Origin: Nitrosopumilus sp.
Lineage (GTDB): Archaea > Thermoproteota > Nitrososphaeria > Nitrososphaerales > Nitrosopumilaceae
Length of the DNA stretch: 64,000 bases
NCBI GenBank assembly: GCA_965218695.1
Contig: OZ244651.1
Span: 608,001-672,000 of the forward strand
Reading direction: 5' to 3'
A model generated the notes under the pieces. It had not been told where the DNA came from, made no database searches, and was given only the letters and a program-made list of their open reading frames with translations. Position 1 is the stretch's first letter, and every line of letters begins with the position of its first letter. The position numbers were made by a program, and so were the translations under genes. Positions 58,626-64,000 of this stretch are shown one piece after another.

Positions 58626-61583
58626 CTAATCCTCAGACGGGGTCTGCCAATTCTCCAGGCTGCGCCTGTCTTTCATTCTTCTGGCAACTGCATGAACCGC
58701 AAGCAAGGGCGCTACCACGTAGATTCCTGCCACGGCTGCAATTGAGAGCAGGCCAAATGCGATGACGGAGAGTTCTGATCCCGGATCTGCAAGCATCATT
58801 ATGCTCAACGCGTATACTCCTGGGGTTATCGTTGTTCTGACCACGTCCCTGAACACTGCATTCTCCCTCTCAATGTCTGCCACTACAGGAGAGAACGAGT
58901 AATAGAACTGGTTGAATCCGGTCATGAACGACGCGCCCGATGTCGTAGAGAGGAGCGAGTTGTCCCTGATCTCGCGCAGGAACTGTACCTGCGGTGCAAG
59001 CTCGCTGCCGTACGCGGCAGTCGCAATCAGGCATCCGCCTCCATCGTCAGGAGTCACAGCAGCATCATCATCCGGCGTGGCATCGTCAGGAGTCACAGCA
59101 GCAGCATCATCATCATCCGGCGTGGCATCGTCAGGAGTCACAGCAGCAGCATCATCATCATCCGGCGTGGCATCGTCCAGTCCAACTCCCTCTACAAATA
59201 CCAGTACGTCAGACGCCGAGTCGTATGACCCGAGCAGTGTCCATACAGATTCATTTATGCTGTATACGTCGTAGGTAGCCTCGGCTACATCGCCAGCATC
59301 GTTGAGTACTATCGTTCCAGTGGCTCCAGAGTAGGTCTCCAACACAACAGGCATTGCGGATATGATATCGTCCGTCTCAGTCGAGTCCCCCTCAAGTATC
59401 GAGAGTCCGATCCCCCAGACGGCATCGTACGCAGAGAGCGCGTATGTGTTCGGAGCCCTGCCGACGGTCTCGATTGCCTGTTCATTGATCCTATCTGATA
59501 CCGGGTTTGAGGACAGGGCGTACGCGGTTACAACCAGTCCGGCCTCGTTCAGGAATTTTTGGGCTATGGCGTCGTTTGCAAGCTCCTGGTCATTTACGAC
59601 CGTGTCAGTGCTAAGCCATAATACCTGCGACAGCGATTCGTACTGCGATGCGGATTGCATGATGGGTGTAATCTCGCTGAAGGTTATGACTATGACTGCA
59701 ACCTTGTCAAATCCCACCTCGGATGCGTGCTTTTCGACTGCGTCGGCAAGAAATGAGACCTCGGTGGAGAATTCGTTTGCGTCTGGATTGTACGTCACCC
59801 CGGCATCCATCACGCCCCCGATATTCGTAAACTCTGACCTTATGGCATCTATCAGCCCGTTGCCCCAAGCATCGTTCCTCCATATGGGAACCAAGTTTGT
59901 AACTCCAATTTCTGCAAAGTACCTGGCAATTGCTGGCGCCTGCTTTGTATCATCAGGTACAAACCGGAATACTTTATCCCCGGGCAGTGCAAGGGAAGGA
60001 GCCACAGAGCCGTAACTGATTAGCAACATGTTGTTTTTCTCTGCATATCCCATGACATTGCTCAGTTCGGCACTAGAGTACGTCCCTACCACGCCATTGA
60101 TGCCCTTTGCCTTGATGGCTGACAACTTGTCAAGCGCGATAACGGGACTGCTTGCCGTATCCTCGGCTACTACATTGAGCCTCCAGTCTATTCCGTTTTG
60201 TTCAAGATATCTGTTAAAGTCATCTTCTGCCAGACTTACTGTAAACCTGATGTCCTCGCCATGATCCGAGGCACCGCCCGTGACCGGAATCAGCGCGCCT
60301 ATCTCTACTGTTCCCTCAAGGGTGGACTCTGCCGAATCCTCGGGTTCAACTTCATCTACAAATGCCAGTACGTCAGACGCCGAGTCGTATGACCCGAGAA
60401 GCGTCCATACAGGCTCCCTCACGTCGTATATGTCGTAGGTGGCCTCGGCCAGATCGCCTGCATCGTTCAGCACTATCGTTCCAAGAGCCCCAGAGTATCC
60501 CTCCAACACTGTTGGAAGTACGGATGTGATGGTGTCAGCATCCGTCGAGTCTGCCTCAAGTATCGAGAGTCCGAGTCCCCAGACGACATCGTACGCAGAG
60601 AGCGCGTATGTGTTCGGAACCTTGCCGCTGATCTCGACTGCCTGCGCACTGATCCTCTCCGCTACCGGGTTTGAGGACAGGGCGTACGCGGTTACGACCA
60701 ACCCAGACTCGTTGAAGAACCTTTGGGCTATGGCGTCATTTGCAAGCTCTGCGTCGTTTACGACCGTATCCGTGCTAAACCATAATACCTGCGACAGCGA
60801 GTCGTACTGTGACGCGGATTGCGCGATGGGTGTAATCTCGCTAAAGGTTACGACTACGACTGCAACCTTGTCTTGACCCACTTCAGCTATGTGCCCCTCG
60901 GCTATCTCGGCAAGCAGCGAGACCTCGGAGGAGAACTCGATTGCATCGGGATTGTACCTCACCCCGTCATCCACTACGCCCCCGATAGCAGTAAACTCCG
61001 ACCTTACGGCATCTATCAGTCCGTTGCCCCACTCGTCATTCCTCCATATGGGAATCAGGTTTGTAATGCCGACTTCTGAAAAGTACTTGGCAATCGCCGG
61101 TGCCTGTTTTGTCTCATCCGGCACAAACCGGAATACGCTGTCCCCAGATATGGAAAGGGAAGGAGCCGTTGAGGAGTAGCTGACTAGCATCATATCATTT
61201 TTCTCGGCGTATCCCTTGATGTTGCGCAGCTCGGAACTCGAGTACGGTCCGGCCACGGCGCTGATGCCCTTTGCACTAAAGCTTGTTATCTTTTCAAGTG
61301 CTACAACAGGCATGGATGCCGTATCCTCTATGACTACGTTGAGTCTCCAGTCTATTCCGTTTTCCTCAAGATATCTGTTAAAATCAACTTCTGCAATCTC
61401 TACGGTAATCCTGATGTCCTCGCCATGACCCGAGGCGTCACCCGTAACTGGAACCAGTGCGCCTATCTCTACTGTTCCCTCAAGGGTGGACTCTGCCGGA
61501 TCCCCGGAATAATCCTGCGCATACGCTCCAGTACCCACTAGACTGACTGCAAGTACTGCAATTATCATGTATGCATGATACAT
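58626..61583 (-). CDS. ABC substrate-binding protein (branched-chain amino acid type), two tandem domains plus CFI-box-CTERM
   Basis: Duplicated ESTLEGTVEIGAL.PVTG...FRFVPD.TKQA domains; GGGCLIATAAYGSELAPQVQFLREIRDN; C-terminal TM helix. Confidence 0.9.
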   Translation of the reverse strand: MYHAYMIIAVLAVSLVGTGAYAQDYSGDPAESTLEGTVEIGALVPVTGDASGHGEDIRITVEIAEVDFNRYLEENGIDWRLNVVIEDTASMPVVALEKITSFSAKGISAVAGPYSSSELRNIKGYAEKNDMMLVSYSSTAPSLSISGDSVFRFVPDETKQAPAIAKYFSEVGITNLIPIWRNDEWGNGLIDAVRSEFTAIGGVVDDGVRYNPDAIEFSSEVSLLAEIAEGHIAEVGQDKVAVVVVTFSEITPIAQSASQYDSLSQVLWFSTDTVVNDAELANDAIAQRFFNESGLVVTAYALSSNPVAERISAQAVEISGKVPNTYALSAYDVVWGLGLSILEADSTDADTITSVLPTVLEGYSGALGTIVLNDAGDLAEATYDIYDVREPVWTLLGSYDSASDVLAFVDEVEPEDSAESTLEGTVEIGALIPVTGGASDHGEDIRFTVSLAEDDFNRYLEQNGIDWRLNVVAEDTASSPVIALDKLSAIKAKGINGVVGTYSSAELSNVMGYAEKNNMLLISYGSVAPSLALPGDKVFRFVPDDTKQAPAIARYFAEIGVTNLVPIWRNDAWGNGLIDAIRSEFTNIGGVMDAGVTYNPDANEFSTEVSFLADAVEKHASEVGFDKVAVIVITFSEITPIMQSASQYESLSQVLWLSTDTVVNDQELANDAIAQKFLNEAGLVVTAYALSSNPVSDRINEQAIETVGRAPNTYALSAYDAVWGIGLSILEGDSTETDDIISAMPVVLETYSGATGTIVLNDAGDVAEATYDVYSINESVWTLLGSYDSASDVLVFVEGVGLDDATPDDDDAAAVTPDDATPDDDDAAAVTPDDATPDDDAAVTPDDGGGCLIATAAYGSELAPQVQFLREIRDNSLLSTTSGASFMTGFNQFYYSFSPVVADIERENAVFRDVVRTTITPGVYALSIMMLADPGSELSVIAFGLLSIAAVAGIYVVAPLLAVHAVARRMKDRRSLENWQTPSED
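59042..59177. repeat. Coding tandem repeat (39-45 bp units; DDATPDDDDAAAVTP)
   Basis: Three copies of CATCGTCAGGAGTCACAGCAGCA...TCCGGCGTGG. Confidence 0.9.
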
Positions 61584-61702
61584 TACACTAATGTTACTAT
61601 CATGCAGTAAATAAGTACATCGTATCTGAAAAGCCTGAAAGCCGCATTGGCAGAAGATCAAACAGACTGCCAAGGGCTGCATGCCCACAAACCCATTACC
61701 GC

Positions 61703-62608
61703 TCAGTAGATCATGTGGTTGCTGATGCTGCGAAGATTCTTGGCGGTGACAAAATGACACTCGTTTTTGCCTTCGGCTTCTGCCTGGCGCAGAGAGAGCA
61801 GCTGTGAAAAAAACGTGCGGTATATCGTGGCCCGGATGTCGCCTGACGGAACATCAGGATGAACCACGTTGATTCCCGCGTCCTGGAGGCCGTCTGCAAG
61901 GTTCCTGTTGTGCCTGTTTCGTCCCTCGAGTAGTATTACGGTGTCCCCCCTCCCAGCAGAGAAGAGCTCCATGTGCGAGAACTGCTCTGTCCTGGAGTAG
62001 TGCGCATCATGCCCGACAGTCTCATAGAGCTTTGCCGCACAGTACATTGCAAGCGGGTATGCGGACTGGCCTCCCAGGATGTAGGGGCGCCCCGAGATAT
62101 GCGCGTCTGCCGCATCGGACTCTGCCCTCAGGAACAGCGCCTCGGGGTCAGGCATCCGAAAACGCCTCACCAGGGAGACGCAGGCAAGCGCGCTTGCCAG
62201 AAACGAGATGCTTCCCGCGGTGAATACGCCGCTGCCGGGAAACCCTAGCAGTATCGTGTCCCTGGAGGCGCAAGCAAGCCTGCTTCTGGGATTGGCAGTG
62301 ATGGCAGTGGCGTTTCCTGCGAGTTTGGCTGCCCGGATTCCGGCCACGGTCTCCCCGGATATGGAGATGATGTACGGGTGCTTTGAGCGCGCAATGGTCC
62401 TGTTCCGGGACAGATCCAGGGGATCCATTGCCCGAATGCGCCCTTCGGAGAAAGATTCTGCAAGCATCGCAGATGCCAAAGAGTCCCCGCTTCCTGAAAA
62501 GACGCACCCGTCCTGCTCATCTGCAGGTATTGGCTTTTGCATCCCAAACGACTTGAGAAATTCAGGCTGCAGCCTGATCTCCTGCCGGTATGCCTCGATG
62601 GTGTTCAC
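61703..62608 (-). CDS. SIS-domain sugar isomerase (GlmS C-terminal-like)
   Basis: EIRLQP, FSGSGDS, ISISGET, AAKLYE, EQFSHMELF. Confidence 0.85.
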   Translation of the reverse strand: MNTIEAYRQEIRLQPEFLKSFGMQKPIPADEQDGCVFSGSGDSLASAMLAESFSEGRIRAMDPLDLSRNRTIARSKHPYIISISGETVAGIRAAKLAGNATAITANPRSRLACASRDTILLGFPGSGVFTAGSISFLASALACVSLVRRFRMPDPEALFLRAESDAADAHISGRPYILGGQSAYPLAMYCAAKLYETVGHDAHYSRTEQFSHMELFSAGRGDTVILLEGRNRHNRNLADGLQDAGINVVHPDVPSGDIRATIYRTFFSQLLSLRQAEAEGKNECHFVTAKNLRSISNHMIY

Positions 62609-62772
62609 ACGGTGGTACCGTCCCTGAGATATATTAGAGGAGTGGCCGCGGCGGTGCAGGCGCATCACAGACGCCGGCCGGGACTGAGGCAGCAGGTTCG
62701 CGCCCAAGCCACGTGCCGCACCGCCCGACTTGTGGGGGATTGGTTTTTATTAATTCAGTCTCAAACCCGGTT

Positions 62773-63603
62773 GTGAGGATAACTGTAGGGCACACGCCTG
62801 ACGCAGATGACGCATTCATGTTTTATGGCATGCTGACAGGCGCCGTCCCCTCCCCGGGGTTTGAAGTAGAGCATGTAATCGGGGACATTGAGAGCCTGAA
62901 CCGCGGTGCCAAGAACCCTTCCCTTGACGTCACGGCAGTCTCTGTCCACGCCTGCGCGTACATCAGGGGGTACACGATACTGAGAAGCGGCGGAAGCTTT
63001 GGGCTGAATTACGGTCCCATCCTCATAGGACGGGACATGATGAGCCTAGACGAGGCAAGGGGGCGCAAGATCGCGGTGCCCGGAAGGATGACTTCTGCGT
63101 TTCTGCTGCTCCAGCTTATGATTGGAAGATTCGAGTATGTGGAGATGGACTTTGACAAGATCCCAGAGGCCGTAAAGAACGGGGACGTGGATGTCGGTCT
63201 TGCAATACACGAGACCCAGCTGTCGCACATGCAGGAAGGCGTCCAGAAGATCCTGGATGTCGGGGAGTGGTGGAACGATACGACCGGCGGGCTTGCCGTG
63301 CCGCTTGGCATAAACGTGATGAGGACCGAACTGGGCGAAGACACCATAGCAAGGTTTGACAGGTACCTTCAGGAATCAATAAAGTACGGCCTTGAGCACA
63401 TGGAGGATGCGCTGGACTATGCCATGCAGTACTCTAGGGGCAAGCCGCGCGAGTTGATTGGGCGGTTTGTAAGGATGTACGTGAACCATGTCACAGTCAA
63501 CATGAAAGAGTCCGGGGAGCAGTCCATCAGGAAGATGTTCGAGATGGCACGCAAGAAGGATTTGGTTCCCGACTTTGAGCTGAGCATGGCCAGGCAGTCA
63601 TGA
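62773..63603 (+). CDS. mqnD: 1,4-dihydroxy-6-naphthoate synthase (MqnA/MqnD family)
   Basis: GHTPDADDAFMFY, DIESLN, YGPIL, VPGRMTSA, IHE, PLG, MYVN. Confidence 0.88.
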   Translation: MRITVGHTPDADDAFMFYGMLTGAVPSPGFEVEHVIGDIESLNRGAKNPSLDVTAVSVHACAYIRGYTILRSGGSFGLNYGPILIGRDMMSLDEARGRKIAVPGRMTSAFLLLQLMIGRFEYVEMDFDKIPEAVKNGDVDVGLAIHETQLSHMQEGVQKILDVGEWWNDTTGGLAVPLGINVMRTELGEDTIARFDRYLQESIKYGLEHMEDALDYAMQYSRGKPRELIGRFVRMYVNHVTVNMKESGEQSIRKMFEMARKKDLVPDFELSMARQS

Positions 63604-63622
63604 TATGGGGGAATGGTGAGGC

Positions 63623-63913
63623 TTGGGAGACGGAATCGGCGGTCCTGTGATCAGAATACTCACAGGCGACACCTTTGAGATGCTTGTAAGCCACGTCAGA
63701 AAGGACAACAAGGACGAGTACGGAAAGACCGAGAGGGTAATGGTTGCAAAGATTGACGATCCGGACAACCCGCAGTACCAGAACACCACGCAGGAGCAGC
63801 TGGAACGGACGCTCCGCGGAAGGTTTGTCTCGTGCAACGTGCAGTACAGGGACTCCAAGACCGACGTGCTTGTCTGCAACGTATTTGTCCAAAAGCCGCC
63901 CGAGGGCTTTTAG
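63623..63913 (+). CDS. Hypothetical protein (SNase/OB-like)
   Basis: VIRILTGDTF; GGTGAGG ribosome-binding site before the TTG. Confidence 0.65.
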   Translation: MGDGIGGPVIRILTGDTFEMLVSHVRKDNKDEYGKTERVMVAKIDDPDNPQYQNTTQEQLERTLRGRFVSCNVQYRDSKTDVLVCNVFVQKPPEGF

Positions 63914-64000
63914 CGGGGACAGCCCCATATCTGAAATTCTGGTATCGGGTCTGGACATGGACAATGTCTAATATATGGAGGAGCGATAGACTAGACATCA

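Overview
The window looks like the chromosome of a GC-rich thaumarchaeon (Nitrososphaerota, Nitrosopumilaceae/Cenarchaeum-like), judged from the S-layer protein, EF-2, MqnD, a CFI-box-CTERM protein and a PolB1-type polymerase. It has three zones. (1) ~1-9.2 kb is a decayed defence-type island (GHKL ATPase with HExxH, PD-(D/E)xK nuclease, DUF4145 and DUF1524 fragments) broken up by IS5, IS630 and ISH3-like remnants. (2) ~9.2-46.4 kb is a virus-like island. It clusters dCMP deaminase, an intein-containing class II RNR, an intein-containing PolB, thymidylate kinase, an initiator tRNA with C33, a divergent TFB split by an IS5, a stand-alone TFB-type zinc-ribbon micro-gene and many tiny Cys-rich ORFs, including a six-member GWC double-zinc-finger family. 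About 20 island genes share a promoter pattern, (C/T)C-TTWWA 26-28 nt before the start codon, lacking the purine-rich BRE; this suggests a private regulon run by the island's own TFB. I could not recognise a capsid, terminase or full integrase, so the element type is unresolved. (3) ~46.5-64 kb is ordinary host chromosome. All family assignments come from motif recognition, not database searches.
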